Shown: positions 14,471 through 29,706 of the stretch, one piece after another
Position numbering within the stretch: the first letter of the stretch is position 1
Layout of the letters: each line of letters starts with the position of its first letter
NCBI GenBank assembly: GCA_964016885.1
Contig: OZ024757.1
Span: forward strand, 37,200,001 to 37,264,000
DNA: 64,000 nucleotides
Reading direction: 5' to 3'
Source: Eledone cirrhosa
Taxonomy: Eukaryota
The notes under the pieces: generated by a model
The model's input: the letters and a program-made list of their open reading frames with translations, nothing else
Databases searched by the model: none
What the model was told of the DNA's origin: nothing
Program-made: the position numbers and the translations under genes

Positions 14471-15819
14471 TTAATTTCCCATTCCCTACAAATTGCTGGC
14501 CTTGTGCCCAAATCAGAAACCACTTCATCCTTCTTCATTTATCTCCTTTCCTTTTCTCTTCCCTTTAATGGGGTTTTTTATTTTTATTAGATACAGCTCA
14601 ATTATTTTGATATAATATCAATAGTATTTTATGATGTGAGATTTCATATATTGAATAAATGGGGAATTATTGAGGAAAAACAGTTTAACCCTTTAACATT
14701 TACATTACTCTGTATTTACTATTGTATTTTTATGATAAACGCTTTACTTCATATAATTATCTCACATAATGTCGATATTATATTGATAAACACTTTACTT
14801 TATATAATTATCTCACATAATATCGAATCTATGAAATTTCCAGAACAATACCGTAACAACAGTATGAGCAGCCGGTTATGGCCAGTTTGAACAAAAAGAA
14901 GTGAGAGAATTTTAACTGGATACAGCCGGTTTAAATGCTAGAGTGTTAATGTAACTGGTTTTAAGAGCTTGAGTTTCCTGTCCTGTGTATAGTCATAATA
15001 TATTTTATAGTCTATAGTCTTACACAGCTACATACACTTTGAATACCTGGTACATACAAACAAACACTCCAGTGCACTCACATATATTTGTGTGTGCATT
15101 CATGTGCAGACGCATGGTCATATGTACTTACACATTACGAAGAGTAGCCAGCCGTAGAAACCAAGCCAGGAACCAGTTCTGTATAAGCAAGACATGATCA
15201 CCTGACATAATCACCTGACATGACCTGACTTGCCTCAAATGGGACAAATTGTCTAACCCATGCTAGCATGGAAAATGGAGTTAAATGATGATGATGATGA
15301 TAATGATGATGATGATTACACATTCACACCCACACACATTCAAATGTACTCACACACATGTTCACATGCATTCACACACTCACACACATTTATGCTCACT
15401 CACATTCACATGCACACACACTTTTCACATACACGCACACACATTCACATACACTCACACATCCATATACACTTATACACACATGTACACATGCTTACAT
15501 GTAATTGTGTGCAGTGAAGCATATCCACATCAGTTTTTATTAGCTATGCTGTATGAATACGCTGGTACTGAGTATTGGAGTCATTGGTCAGCAAATGTGA
15601 ATAAGAAATAGGATTTTACAGGTCAGACTGGTTATAGTGGTCAGACTGGTCATAGTAGTCAGACTGGTCATAGTGGTCATACTGGTGTGGATGAGTCAGA
15701 GCTGGACTTACCTATAAGTTAAATAAATTATAACTTAGGGACACACTCCCTTGGGCACCTAATTTTTAGAAATATATTAAATATATTTTTATTTTATTGT
15801 TAATTTGAATTGAGAGATC

Positions 15820-16070
15820 ACAGCTCTGATACTATGGACATGTGGTTAGAATGTCTCAGGAAAGAATCACTGGATAGAGTTTATGGGCAAAACTAACTGG
15901 CAAGAGATCCAGGGTTTGACCCTGAGCAAGATGGTTGGATAACATCCATGCTTGGGGATACAGCCTGATCAGTTGAAGATTGTTGCTCCTACAGGACTCA
16001 CTGGAAGCAATGTTTGAGGACTCTTTCCCTCCACGACCCTCTCAGGAATAAGTGGGCAAAGAAGAAAAAG
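15820..16070 (+). mobile_element. Dispersed retroposon-like repeat ending caggaataagtgggcaaagaagaa
   Basis: Homologous segments at about 25190-25350(+), 29135-29195(-) and 34985-35220(-). Confidence 0.6.
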
Positions 16071-16549
16071 ATTAGTTTTTATTCGTTAGCACTAAATCAT
16101 ATATCAGCAGATCGGAACCGTAGAAACTGATGCGTCGGTCCGGTTATCTCAATTATCTTACCCACACTGTAAAGTGGTCTCTTACCCACACTGTAAATTA
16201 GTCGTGTAGATGTCACGACAAAAAGCACCCAGTACTCACTGTAAATGTGGTTGGTGCTAGCGAGGGTAACCAGCTGTAGGAACCAAGCCAAAATCAGTTC
16301 TGTATGAGTATGACATAGTCACCTGACCTAGCATTACTCACAACAGGATAACTCGTCTAACCTCTGCCAGGGTTGAAAAATGGACGTTAAACGGTGATGA
16401 TGATGATGAAGATGAAGATGAAGATGTCTTCCTCACTGATTAATGTATGTACATACTCTAATCAGTTGGGTTTGAATTTTAATAATACAAACTTAATTGA
16501 TTATTGAGTGAGCGAGGAATCGACCGAGCCTCCGTCTCTTAATTATGTG

Positions 16550-16919
16550 TAACACACACACACACACACGTGTGTGTGTGTGTATATATAAATATATGTG
16601 TGTGTGTGTGTGTATATAAATATATGTGTGTGTGTGTGTATATATAAATATATATGTGTGTGTGTGTATATATAAATATATATGTGTGTGTATATATATA
16701 AATATATATATATGTGTATGTATATATAAATATGTGTGTGCGTATATAAATATATATATGTGTGTGTATATATAAATATATGTGTGTGTGTATATATAAA
16801 TGTGTGTGTGTGTGTATATAATTGTGTGTATATATATCTGCGTATATATAAATATGTGTGTATATATAAATATGTGTGTGTGTGTATATATATAAATGTG
16901 TGTGTGTGTGTGTATATAA

Positions 16920-16951
<32 letters not shown>

Positions 16952-16972
16952 GTGTGTATATAAATATATCTA

Positions 16973-17003
<31 letters not shown>

Positions 17004-18240
17004 GAGGAAGTTGTAGTTTGCTTGAAGCATTGCATTATGGTATAGAAAACTATGAGATTTTGATATTATTTATTTTTGGAGTGGATTGGCAGTATCGGTA
17101 GAGGGTCGGACGCCATGCTTTGCAGCAAAGAGCTACGGCCCTTTATGGTCTGAGTTCAAATCCCGCCGAGGTTAACTTTGCCTTTCATCCTTACGGGGTC
17201 GATAAAATAAAGTACCAGTAATGCACTGGGTAATTGCTGGCCTTATGCCAAAAGTAGAAACAATTATTTATTTTGAGAACAATACCTTAACATCAGTATG
17301 ATGGGCGATTATGGGCAGTCAGAACAGAAAAAGGTGAGAGAATTCTGGCCAGATACAGCCGGTTTAAGGCAAAACTGAAGGAGACATTGAATGGTAGAGT
17401 CATAGATATACTGCTACATATATCTTGGGATAGTAGCCTGTCCCATGGCTGGAATGTCTTTCATGAAAGGTCAGTTTTATTGATCTGGACACCTGAGGAC
17501 CAAGATGGTGCTAAACAACAGCGGTAATCATGGCAACTAGGATTTAAGTGTCATCGACCTTGCGGGAGGTGTTGTGGTGGTAGGGGATCTATGTAAACCA
17601 AGGAGACTAAGTTAACTGGAAGATAAACCTTTTGTGTTCGGATAGGATGTGTGTGTGTATATAAGATGTGTGTGTGTGTGTAAGGTGTGTGTATATAAGA
17701 TGTGTGTGTGTGTGTAAGGTGTGTGTATATAAGATGTGTGTGTGTGTGTAAGGTGTGTGTATATAAGATGTGTGTGTGTGTGTAAGGTGTGTGTATATAA
17801 GGTGTGTATGTAAGATGTGTGTGTGTGTAAGGTGTGTGTATAAGATGTGTGTGTGTGTAATGTGAGTGTGTGTGTATAAGGTCTGTGTGTGTGTATATAA
17901 GATGTGTGTGTGTATATAAGGTGTGTGTCAGATGTGTGTGTATACAAGATGTTTGTATGTAAGTATAAGATATTTGTGTGTGTGTATATAAGATGTGTGT
18001 GTATGTCAGACATACACACACACTGAAACAGACATACACACACTGACATACACACACACTGACATACACACATACTGCCACACTGACGTACACACACTAA
18101 CATACACACATACAGCCACACTAACATACACACATACCGCCACACTAACATACACACATACTGACACACTCACACTGACACACACACACTGACACACACA
18201 CACTGACATACACCCATATTTACATATACACACACACTTG
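16550..18240. repeat. TG/TA/CA compound microsatellites around a SINE A copy (17078-17268) nested in a MITE
   Basis: Direct inspection. Confidence 0.8.
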
Positions 18241-18359
18241 CCTGTGTTGGACAGGTGTTTCTTAACACAGCACCTCTCCACTTATGTCCATTTGTCATCT
18301 CCTCTCTGTAGTAGTAGTATTTAATATTACATTAGTATAAAAGTAGTAATAGTACTTAA

Positions 18360-19815
18360 CCCTTTAGCATTCACATTACTCTATATATACCATTATATTT
18401 TCACAGTAGAGGCTTTACCTCACATAATATCTCACATAACATTCACATTACTCTATATATACTATTATATTTTCATGGTAAAGGCTTTACCTCACATAAT
18501 ATCTCACATAACATTTACATTACTCTATATATACTATTATATTTTCACAGTAGAGGCTTTACCTCACATAATATCTCACATAACATTCACATTACTCTAT
18601 ATATACTATTATATTTTCATGGTAAAGGCTTTACCTCACATAATATCTCACATAACATTCACATTACTCTATATATACTATTATATTTTCATGGTAAAGG
18701 CTTTACCTCACATAATATCTCACATAACATTCACATTACTCTATATATACTATTATATTTTCATGGTAAAGGCTTTACCTCACATAATATCTCACATAAC
18801 ATTCACATTACGCTATATATACTATTATATTTTCATGGTAAAGGCTTTACCTCACATAATATCTCACATAACATTTACATTACTCTATATATACTATTAT
18901 ATTTTCACAGTAGAGGCTTTACCTCACATAATATCTCACATAACATTCACATTACTCTATATATACTATTATATTTTCATGGTAAAGGCTTTACCTCACA
19001 TAATATCTCACATAACATTCACATTACTCTATATATACTATTATATTTTCATGGTAAAGGCTTTACCTCACATAATATCTCACATAACATTCACATTACT
19101 CTATATATACTATTATATTTTCATGGTAAAGGCTTTACCTCACATAATATCTCACATAACATTCACATTACTCTATATATACTATTATATTTTCATGGTA
19201 AAGGCTTTACCTCACATAATATCTCACATAACATTCACATTATTCTATATATACTATTATATTTTCATGGTAAAGGCTTTACCTCACATAATATCTCACA
19301 TAACATTCACATTACTCTATATATACTATTATATTTTCATGGTAAAGGCTTTACCTCACATAATATCTCACATAACATTCACATTACTCAATATATACTA
19401 TTATATTTTCATGGTAAAGGCTTTACCTCACATAATATCTCACATAACATTCACATTACTCTATATATACTATTATATTTTCATGGTAAAGGCTTTACCT
19501 CACATAATATCTCACATAACATTCACATTACTCTATATATACTATTATATTTTCATGGTAAAGGCTTTACCTCACATAATATCTCACATAACATTCACAT
19601 TACTCTATATATACTATTATATTTTCATGGGAAAGGCTTTACCTCACATAGTTACCTCACATAATATCTCACATAATATCGAATCTATGAGATTTTGAAA
19701 GTATTTATTTTGAGAACAATACCTTAACATCAGTTTGAGTGACCAGTTACAGCCAGTTTCAACAGAAAGAGCTAGAGAATTCTGGCCGGTTTTGGTCGAT
19801 TTGTACATTAAAGGG
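18360..19815 (-). mobile_element. piggyBac-type MITE expanded by a 72-bp tandem array (about 18 copies)
   Basis: TTAA-CCCTTTAGCATT at left and TAAAGGG-TTAA at right; unit attcacattactctatatatactattatattttcatggtaaaggctttacctcacataatatctcacataac. Confidence 0.9.
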
Positions 19816-20802
19816 TTAATACTAGGATAAGGATAAAGATCCCATAACTCCTTGTGGAGTCGTAGAGGCACTGTCATACGGCATGTCTAGGGCACATTTC
19901 AACCTGGCGGAACCTAACCTTCTCCAGGTCTGAAAACAGCCTATTTTGTTATAGAGGAAGAATCAACCCCAGTACTTGACTGGTATTTTTTTTATCGCCC
20001 TCGAAAGGATGAAACACTAAGTTGACCTTGGTGGAATTTGAACTCAGTACGTGCAATGAGGTGGGACGAATACTGTAAAGCATTCTATAAATATAGTAGT
20101 AATAGTACTTAATAGTACATTGGTTTAAATATAGTAAGAAAATAGTAAGAAACAAAATAAAGTAAAAAGCTACTAATTAGTATGACAATTTGAAATAAGC
20201 TGGTTTAAAACAAGGTTATGTCAAAACAACAAAAAACGTGGTTTTCTTCTCTCTTTCACACCCCCTCTCTCCTATCTCTCACCCTCTCCTCACTTATCTC
20301 TCTACTCTTATCCTCTCTTCTCTCTCTCCTCTATCTCACCTCCTCTCTTCTCTCACCCTCTCTCCTCTCTCTCACTTCTTCTCTCTCTCTATCTCTCCTC
20401 TATCTCTCTCTAGAACCCATCTCTCCTTCCCTCTCCATCTCCTCTCCTATAGCCTCATATATTTTAATGATAGTGACCCTCAGTCCTGTCACACCACACA
20501 TGTGTATGATGTTGTTACAGCTCATGCCTATATAGGCAGGGGCCTCCTAAAGAAATTTTGCAAGGCAGTACAAGACCCCTTTGGGGCCCTGAAGCTGGCA
20601 AAGATTTCTCTCAAAATGGAAGTAGCGTGATTGCTGGACCCTGCCCCCACTCATAGGCCCGGTATGTAGGTTTATCTGGCCTAGTACAAGGTTACATCTC
20701 ATAGAAGGTTTCTCATGTTTTAAGAAGAAGAAAGAGGAGGAAGAAGAAGACATTTACTGTTGTTAAAATTCTAATTTTTTCTTTCTTTTTTTCTCATTGC
20801 AG

Positions 20803-20963
20803 CTGTCGATATTTGGCCCTCAACGTAACCCCTGCAATTCCTGCCATCGGAGCAGCCCTCTTTTTATTTGTAATATCTACCCTATTCCGAACAAGCTTTA
20901 GTGACCCTGGTGTAATCCCTAGGGCTACTCCAGACGAAGCAGCAGATATTGAAAGACAAATAG
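20803..20963 (+). CDS. ZDHHC14: DHHC palmitoyltransferase ZDHHC14/18-like, exon 2 (TM2 and DPG motif)
   Basis: Polypyrimidine tract and ttgcAG acceptor, GTAATC donor, 161 nt. Reads (D)[53 protein letters not shown](E), typical of ZDHHC14/18/App. Confidence 0.96.
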
Positions 20964-21325
20964 GTAATCATTCGTTATTTCTATTATCATTTTTTAATTA
21001 TCAATTAATTAGATATGTTTCTGTGGCCTTGCTGGGTTTCTTTTTTGTTTTGTTTTCTTTGTTTTCTTTACCTTTTTTTTTATTTTTTACCCTTTTTTTC
21101 CACTCTCTCTCTCTCCATTATTCTGATATTATATGTTGTCATCCATAATTGATTTACTGCAGTTGTTCACGTGAGGAAATTGTGCAATTTTGCAATTCAT
21201 CATATCGATAGATTGTATTGGAAGTAATGATCATAGCTATTCAGAATCTGTAGAGCGTCAGACAATATACTTTGCGGCATAGAGTTACGGCCCTATATAT
21301 TCTGAGTTCAAATCATTCAGTTTTA

Positions 21326-21790
21326 TTTATTTGGAGTGACTGCTCTCCTGGACAGGTTGCCTTCCCTGTGGCTTACACAGTCTTTGTCTACTCTGTACTG
21401 TTTGTTTATTTGGACTGACTGCTCTCTTAGACAGGTTGCCTTCCCTGTGGTTTACTTGGAGTGTATCTACTCTGTACTGTGTTATTTATTTGGAGAGATT
21501 GCTCTTACTAGATAGGTTGCCTTTGCTGTGGCTTACACAGAGTGTATCTATTTTGTACAGTGTTATTTATTTGGAGTGATTGCTCTCCTAGATAGGTTGC
21601 CATCTCTGCATCTTACAAAGTCTATGTCTACTCTGTACAATGCTATTTATTTGCAGTGACTGGTCTCCTAGACAGCTTGTCTTCCCTGTGGCTTACACAA
21701 TCTGTATCTATTCTCTACAATCTTATTTCTATGAAATGACTGCTTGCTCTCCTAAACAGGCTTCCTTCCCTGCAGTTTATGGAGCCACTA
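21326..21790. repeat. Diverged ~79-bp tandem repeat, about 6 copies
   Basis: tttatttggagtgactgctctc...aggttgccttccctgtggcttac recurs. Confidence 0.85.
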
Positions 21791-23501
21791 TCTACCTCAA
21801 TGTATGTGTGAAATAAATTACCTCCCTTTCTCCTCACACCATACAGAATAAAATATTATGTAGCTTATTAATTTCTTAATTTACTGTAGTCTAGCTATCT
21901 GTTTAGCTAGGCTCTTACAGTGCATACAACAAGTATAGCCATTAATGTCAGCAGGCTTCCTTGAATGTTATTTCATCTATTCCATCTATTTATCTCTGCT
22001 GTTATTGATATAACTGATATCTCTTGATAATATTACTTCAACTAAAAAAACAACAAGCAGCTTCCATTGAAAGAACACACAACAAAAAAGGTAGCAGCAA
22101 CAACAAATGCATATATATATATATATATAAATATATAAATAAGCTTTTAATCTATGTCTGTCTGATTAAAAAAAAAAATACAATTTTTTTAATGGATTAT
22201 CCATTTAATTGTTTATTTTTATTTATTTATTATTATTTATTTTTGCTTTTAAGAAGAAAAAAAATTAAATTACAGGAAAAATTCTTTCTTTGAAAGTGTC
22301 ATTTCTTACTTTGATCTTCTGTTAGTTAAAGACTAAATAGATGGTGATGGTGGGGATGATGGTGGTGGTGATGATGATGATGAAAATGATGGAGATGAGT
22401 GTGAAGGTGATAGTGGTGGTGGTGATGATGATGATGGTGATGATGATAGGGAGGGGATGATGACAATGTGGATGGAGGAAGGTGTTGGTGGGGATGGTGA
22501 TGATGATGAAGGTGCTGGTGATAATGATGATGAAGATGATGTTGGGGATGCTGATGAGGGTGGTGGTAGTGATGGTGTTGAAAATCATGATGGGGCAGGT
22601 GTTGGTGATAATGATGATGGTGGTGGGGATGGTTATGATGATGGTGATAATGGTGAATCACAATGCCGAGCCATAGTTGTGATTCATTATAACTCTTAAA
22701 TTGAGGCGGGAAAATAGTTATTTAACAATAATGGTCCCTAATTTAGGCACAAGGCCAGCAATGTATATCAACCCCTTTCGCCCCAGTACGTGACTGGTAC
22801 TTCATTTTATCGATTTCGGAAGGATGAAAGGCAAAGTTGAACTTGGTGGGATTTGAACCTAGAACTCAGCGTGTACAGAGTTTGTGGAACAAATACCAGA
22901 AAAGATCTCCTCCAATGCTCTACCGATTCTCTACTAATAATTAAAAAGATAGGTTTCTAATATAATATACTGGCAAGTCCACCACTGAGCTTCAGTGATT
23001 TCAGATCAACTCTCACCACTGTGGCTTCCTTCCTCTGGGATTTCTTGGTATTTCATCTTCCCCCAGCGATCATCATTCATGTGCAGCACATGTTCATACT
23101 AAAGCAGTTTACATCTCATCTAATTCCTCTTATACGCAGTTTCTCTTTCAGTTCATCCATGCTTTGTCATTCATACACATTACTATAACACATCCATTGA
23201 AGCATATATCGTTTTCATTAATACCTCATTACAATTAAGAAACAAACAAAAGCAAGAGAGTTTATTTATGTTATCAATTTAAACGTCCGTATAGAGTTAG
23301 TAAGCCATGACAGACAAAGCACTCAGTGTAAATGAGGTTGATGTTAGGAAGAGCATCCAGCTGTAGAAATCGAGCCAGAATCAGTTCCTGTATGAGCAAG
23401 ACAAGGTCAGCCGATTGGTCACTGCCCACAACAGGACAACCCTTCTAACCCATGCTAGCGTGGAAGAACGGACGTAAAACGGTGATGGTGAATCAATTTA
23501 A

Positions 23502-23708
23502 CCCTTTAGTGTTCAAACCGGCCAAAACTGGCCAGAATTCTCTACCTCTTTCTGTTGAAACTGGCTGTAACCAGTCGCTCAAACTGATGTTAAGGTATTG
23601 TTCTCAAAATAAATACTTTCAAAATCTCATAGATTCGATATTATGTGAGGTAAAGCCTTTACCATGAAAATATAATAGTATATATAGAGTAATGTGATTG
23701 CTAAAGGG
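23502..23708 (+). mobile_element. piggyBac-type MITE, complete ~207-bp copy
   Basis: TTAA on both sides; termini CCCTTTAG / CTAAAGGG. Confidence 0.85.
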
Positions 23709-24237
23709 TTAAACGTCCGTACAGATCTTGTAAGCCATGACAGACAAAGCAAGGTATCTAGTACCTCGTTTCAATTAAGAAACAAAACCAAGAGGGTTTA
23801 ATTATGTAATCTATATATTTATTAATGCAATCAATTTAAACGTCCATATAGATCTAGTAAGCCATGGCAGACTAAGCAATGTATCTAATACCTCGTTACA
23901 ATTAAAAAACAAGAGAGAGAGAGATTTGTTGTATAGTGTGTGTCTATCTTCATTGCTGCATCTACTGTGATTCCTGATAAATTTTCCAATTGTGAAGAAT
24001 CTTGGCAGGAAACAAATTCAACCCCTCCTTCTCTCCTCCTCAAGAAAAACAGAAAAAATACCTGCAAGAGATAATGGTAGAGGTTGTTTTTATCTTCCAT
24101 ACATATATACATACACACAAACACATACTCCCAAACACATATATACATACAGCCAAACACATATACATATATCCATACACACACATACTCACATATAGAC
24201 ATACACATATATAGACATACACATATATACAGTTATA

Positions 24238-24272
<35 letters not shown>

Positions 24273-24619
24273 GCATATATGTACCTATATATATGTTTAA
24301 ATATATGCATATATATATATGCATATATCATCATCATCATCACCATCATCGTTGAAGGTGCGTGGCTGAGTGTTTAGAGAATTGGATTCTCAATCGTGAG
24401 GTTGTGAATTACCAGATTAAGCGATGCATTTTGTCCTTGAGCAAGGCATTTTATTTTGCGTTGCTCCTTCTGCCTGGATTTGCGACTGGTAGATAGTACT
24501 AGCAATTGGAAAGACCAATGGAAACATTGTTTTTTCAGTCCGATTTGACGATCTCCTCCCCATGCGTTAAGTGAATGAAGTCTGGGATGTTGTCGATCGA
24601 CTGTTTCATCATGATTATC

Positions 24620-24850
24620 ATCATTTTATGTCTGCTTTTCCTGCTTGCAAGGGTGGGATGAGTCTTGTTAAGCATGGCATCTCTCCATTCATCATGGTCC
24701 TTTGTCATCTCTTCCATACGCTTCAGCGATCTGAGGCCTGCTCGCACCACCTCTGCCCATGTTTTTTGTGGTTTTCTTCGATTGCGTCTTCCTTCTACTA
24801 GGATTTCTTGGCACTTCTTTACCCAGTGGTCATCCTCCATGCGCATCACA
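24620..24850 (-). mobile_element. RTE LINE 3' fragment
   Basis: MRMEDDHWVKKCQEILVEGRRNRRKPQKTW. Confidence 0.82.
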
Positions 24851-25499
24851 TATATATATGTGTGTGTTTTAAAGTATTTATATTAATCTAATAACTAATT
24901 TATAATGAGAAAAGTATATTACTAAATCCATCAAAATTCTTGATTGTTTTAAAAATTATTTGAAAATAACAGACAGTGTCTTTCATTAGAAATATATTAA
25001 ATACACCCAATAACATATCCAGCTTTAGAAAGCCTGAAAACTAAAAGGTCAGGTGAACTCTTTAGCTGTGTCATAAGCAAGACAAGCTCTCTAGTGTGGG
25101 AATACACGTAAGCAAAATACAGGCCTCTCAGCCCTTCTGTGAGGTCAGTGGCTTCGTTTAAGTGCTGACTCGGTCTGTGAAGTGCAAGTTGGTTGGATAA
25201 CATCCCTCATGAACTTGGCTGGTCTTGCTTGGGGATCCAGCTGGATAAGTTGCAGATAGAGATGGTTGCTTCTGATACAACCCACTGGAAGGAGTGTTTG
25301 AGGACTCTGCCCCCACGACCCTATCAGGAATAAGTGGGCGAAGAAGAGGATTTGTTTGTTTTTTTCTAGCAGGTGACTGAGACTATGCAGTGGCTCTATT
25401 GTTGGGTTGTTACAAGTTCATTGGTACAACTGTGGTATTTAGTAGACTTTGAGGTTGTGTCAACACGGTACACTGCAATTGCTAGTAGTAACTGCTTGT

Positions 25500-27365
25500 A
25501 GGTGTGTGTGTGTGTGTTTTTATGTCAGTCAGTGTGTATGTATGGTTATGTCAGGTGTGTGTGTGTGTGATTATGTCAGTCAGTGTGTCTGTATGGTTAT
25601 GTCAGGTGTGTGTGATTATGTCAGTCAGTGTGTGTGTATGGTTATGTCAGGTGTGTGTGATTATGTCAGTCAGTGTGTGTGTGTATGGTTATGTCAGGTG
25701 TGTGTGTGATTATGTCAGTCAGTGTGTCTGTATGGTTATGTCAGGTGTGTGTGATTATGTCAGTCAGTGTGTGTGTATGGTTATGTCAGGTGTGTGTGTG
25801 ATTATGTCAGTCAGTGTGTGTGTGTATGGTTATGTCAGGTGTGTGTGTGTGTGTGTGTGTGTGATTATGTCAGTCAGTGTGTGTGTATGGTTATGTCAGG
25901 TGTGTGTGTGTGTGTGTGTGTGTGATTATGTCAGTCAGTGTGTGTGTATGGTTATGTCAGGTGTGTGTGTGTGATTATGTCAGTGCGTGTGTGACTGTCA
26001 GTTCAGTAAGCAAGCTTGGTTGTGTGCTTGTGGGGTGTTTGTGGTATGTGATTATGTCAGTGTGTGTGTGAGTATGCCATTGTGTGTGAGTGTGTGTGGT
26101 TATGTCTGTGTATGTATGTGTGTGTGGTTATGTCTGTGTATGTGTGTGGTTATGTCTGTGTATGTGTGTGTGGTTATGTCTGTGTGTGTGTGTGGTTATG
26201 TCAGTGTGTGTGTGTGTGGTTATGTCTGTGTATGTGTGTGGTTATTTCAGTGTGTATGTGTGGTTATGTCTGTGTATGTGTGTGGTTATGTCGGTGTGTG
26301 TGTGGTTATGTCTGTATGTGTGTAGTTATTTCAGTGTGTATGTGTGGTTATGTCTGTGTATGTGTGTGGTTATTTCAGTGTGTATGTGTGGTTATGTCTG
26401 TGTATGTGTGCGTGTGTGGTTATTTCAGTTCAGTAAGCAAGTTCGATTGAGTGTGTATGTGTGTGTTATTGTAAGTTCAGTTAGAATGTTTGATTGTGTC
26501 TGTTGTGTATGTGTATGTATATATATATACATATGTATGTGTGTGTGTATGTATATATATACATATGTATGTGTGTGTGTATGTATATATATACATATGT
26601 ATGTGTGTGTGTGTGTATGTAATTATTAATTATTCCAGGTGAGCTACAGCTTAATCCTAGCTGTACAGAATTAAGTAAATATTTCTGCAAATTCCAGAAA
26701 ATTATGTTAATGCTTAAAATAAAGTTTACACACACACCCCACACATGTATAGATACACACACACCCCACACATGTATAGATACACACACACCCCACACAC
26801 CCCACACATGTATAGATACACACACACCCCACACATGTATAGATACACACACAGCACATATATACGGTGCACACACACACACAGCACATATATACAGCAC
26901 ATATATACGGCACACACACAGCACATATATACGGCACATATATATGGCACACACACACACACAGCACATATATACAGCACATATATACGGCACATATATA
27001 TGGCACACACACACACACAGCACATATATATGGCACACACACACACACAGCACATATATACAGCACACACACAGCACATATATATGGCACACACACACAG
27101 CACATATATATGGCACACACACAACATGTACAAACACACACACCACACATGTACAGATACACACACACAGCACATATATATGGCACACACACTCACATAT
27201 ACTCCATATACACTCATAAACACTACACATCACACATACACGACACACACACGCAGAGACACACACATCACACATATACAGCACAGACACAGCATACACA
27301 CACACACACACCGCACACATCACACTGACCATATATCACACACCATACACCCATATCAAATAAAT

Positions 27366-27408
<43 letters not shown>

Positions 27409-27440
27409 ACACCCCCCCCCCCCACACACACACACATACA
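25500..27440. repeat. Compound TG-rich then CA-rich micro/minisatellites
   Basis: gttatgtcag(tg)n units followed by cagcacatatata(ca)n units. Confidence 0.88.
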
Positions 27441-27714
27441 AAATGATTAAATCTAGCCAAATATAAGATCAAAACAAATGAAGTATGTAAACAAATATTG
27501 ACCTATTTCATTGGATCTGAGAACCTTGAGTTTAACCATGTTACCTGTGTTGAGTGTTGTTGGTGTTATCCATGTTACCTGTGTTGAGTGTTGTTGGTGT
27601 TATCCATGTTACCTGTGTCGAGTGTTGTTGGTGTTATCCATGTGCTGGATGTTAAGTGTGCTAGGACAATGTTATAATGGAGAGCATGCTGCACTGGATG
27701 TCGAATGTTGGTAG

Positions 27715-28700
27715 TGCTTGAGTGATGGAGCATAGATGGTGAAGTGAGAATAAACCTGGGCATAAGAGGAACCATATATGTTGTGCTTGAGTGATGGAGC
27801 ATAGATGGTGAAGTGAGAATAAACCTGGGCATAAGAGGAACCATATATGTTGTGCTTGAGTGATGGAGCATAGATGGTGAAGTGAGAATAAACCTGGGCA
27901 TAAGAGGAACCATATATGTTGTGCTTGAGTGATGGGGCATAGATGGTGAAGTGAGAATAAACCTGGGCATAAGAGGAACCATATATGTTGTGCTTGAGTG
28001 ATGGGGCATAGATGGTGAAGTGAGAATAAACCTGGGCATAAGAGGAACCATATATGTTGTGCTTGAGTGATGGAGCATAGATGGTGAAGTGAGAATAAAC
28101 CTGGGCATAAGAGGAACCATATATGTTGTGCTTGAGTGATGGAGCATAGATGGTGAAGTGAGAATAAACCTGGGCATAAGAGGAACCATATATGTTGTGC
28201 TTGAGTGATGGGGCATAGATGGTGAAGTGAGAATAAACCTGGGCATAAGAGGAACCATATATGTTGTGCTTGAGTGATGGAGCATAGATGGTGAAGTGAG
28301 AATAAACCTGGGCATAAGAGGAACCATATATGTTGTGCTTGAGTGATGGAGCATAGATGGTGAAGTGAGAATAAACCTGAGCATAAGAGGAACCATATAT
28401 GTTGTGCTTGAGTGATGGAGCATAGATGGTGAAGTGAGAATAAACCTGGGCATAAGAGGAACCATATATGTTGTGCTTGAGTGATGGAGCATAGATGGTG
28501 AAGTGAGAATAAACCTGAGCATAAGAGGAACCATATATGTTGTGCTTGAGTGATGGAGCATAGATGGTGAAGTGAGAATAAACCTGGGCATAAGAGGAAC
28601 CATAAATGTTGTGCTTGAGTGATGGGGCATAGATGAGGTGAAAGAAAAATTGGGTATAAGAGGAACCTTATATGGTGTGTTGGAGCAATGAGACATACAT
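27715..28700. repeat. 69-bp minisatellite, about 14 copies
   Basis: Unit gtgcttgagtgatggagcatagatggtgaagtgagaataaacctgggcataagaggaaccatatatgtt. Confidence 0.95.
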
Positions 28701-29376
28701 GAGGGGAGAGAAAGATTGGGCAAAAGAAGAGCTGTAACTCCCGAGGCAGTTGTAGGGGTGTTGTCATGAAATGGCCCATGCCTTGGGCACTTTAAACCTG
28801 GCAGAGCCCATCCCTTCTCCTGGGGATAAATGTCTAGTGAAGTGAATTGAATTTATTTGTGTATGTACGTGTTATTTCATTTTTATGTTTTTTAAATGAA
28901 TAAAGTTACCCTTCCTTATTGCTTTAGTTTCAATAGACGTCCTTAACTCTTTTATTACCAACCTGGCCAAAACCGTCTCTGGTTCTATGGAATAAAACCA
29001 CCCATTTAAAAGATTTCCAATGTAAATTAAAATCTTCCAATATAATTTTAAGAACCTTACATTAAGTTACTTTCTTACCAACCTGGCCCAAACCAGCTCT
29101 GGTTCTCTGGAATAAAACCACCCATTTTAAAGGTTCTTCTTCTTTGCCCACTTATTTCTGAGAATGTTGTGGGGGCAGAGTCCTTAAACACTCCAGGTTT
29201 CCAATTTAAATTTATATCTTCCAAGATAATTTTAGAATATACTAAGAACCATATGTGAAGTTTCTATGTTAGTAATGAAATAATTAATAATTTTAGTAAA
29301 TCCCTCAAAATTCTTAATTAACTAATTAATTGAAATAGAGTGTATTTCATTAGAAATATTATCATGAAAGGTTTAA

Positions 29377-29598
29377 CCCTTTATCATTTACATTACTCTA
29401 TATATACTATTATATTTTCATGGTAAAGGCTTTACCTCACATAATTATCTCACATAATATCGAATCTATGAGATTTTGAAAGTATTTATTTTGAGAACAA
29501 TACCGTAACATCAGTATGAGTGACTGGTTACAGCCAGTTTCAACAGGTAGAGAATCGGAGAATACTGGCTGGTTTTGGCCGGTTTGAACATTAAAGGG
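29377..29598 (-). mobile_element. piggyBac-type MITE, complete copy about 110 bp upstream of exon 3
   Basis: TTAA-CCCTTTA...TAAAGGG-TTAA. Confidence 0.85.
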
Positions 29599-29706
29599 TT
29601 AAAGCAAGTTACTTGCCAGAACCAAGAACTACTCCAATATTTTGCATGACTTTTACTAAGAAATGAAGTATTGCTTACCTTCTGTTTCTTTGTTGTTCTG
29701 TTTCAG

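Noticed and set aside
18475-19698. 407-aa ORF
   Set aside because: Translation of the 72-bp MITE-derived array; the unit is a multiple of 3 and lacks a stop by chance.
1-20802. ZDHHC14 exon 1
   Set aside because: No N-terminal or TM1-like coding segment with a donor was found; it is presumably upstream, making intron 1 longer than 20 kb.
27575-28779. 382-aa and 372-aa minus-strand ORFs
   Set aside because: 69-bp minisatellite open in two frames, with no domain or splice support.
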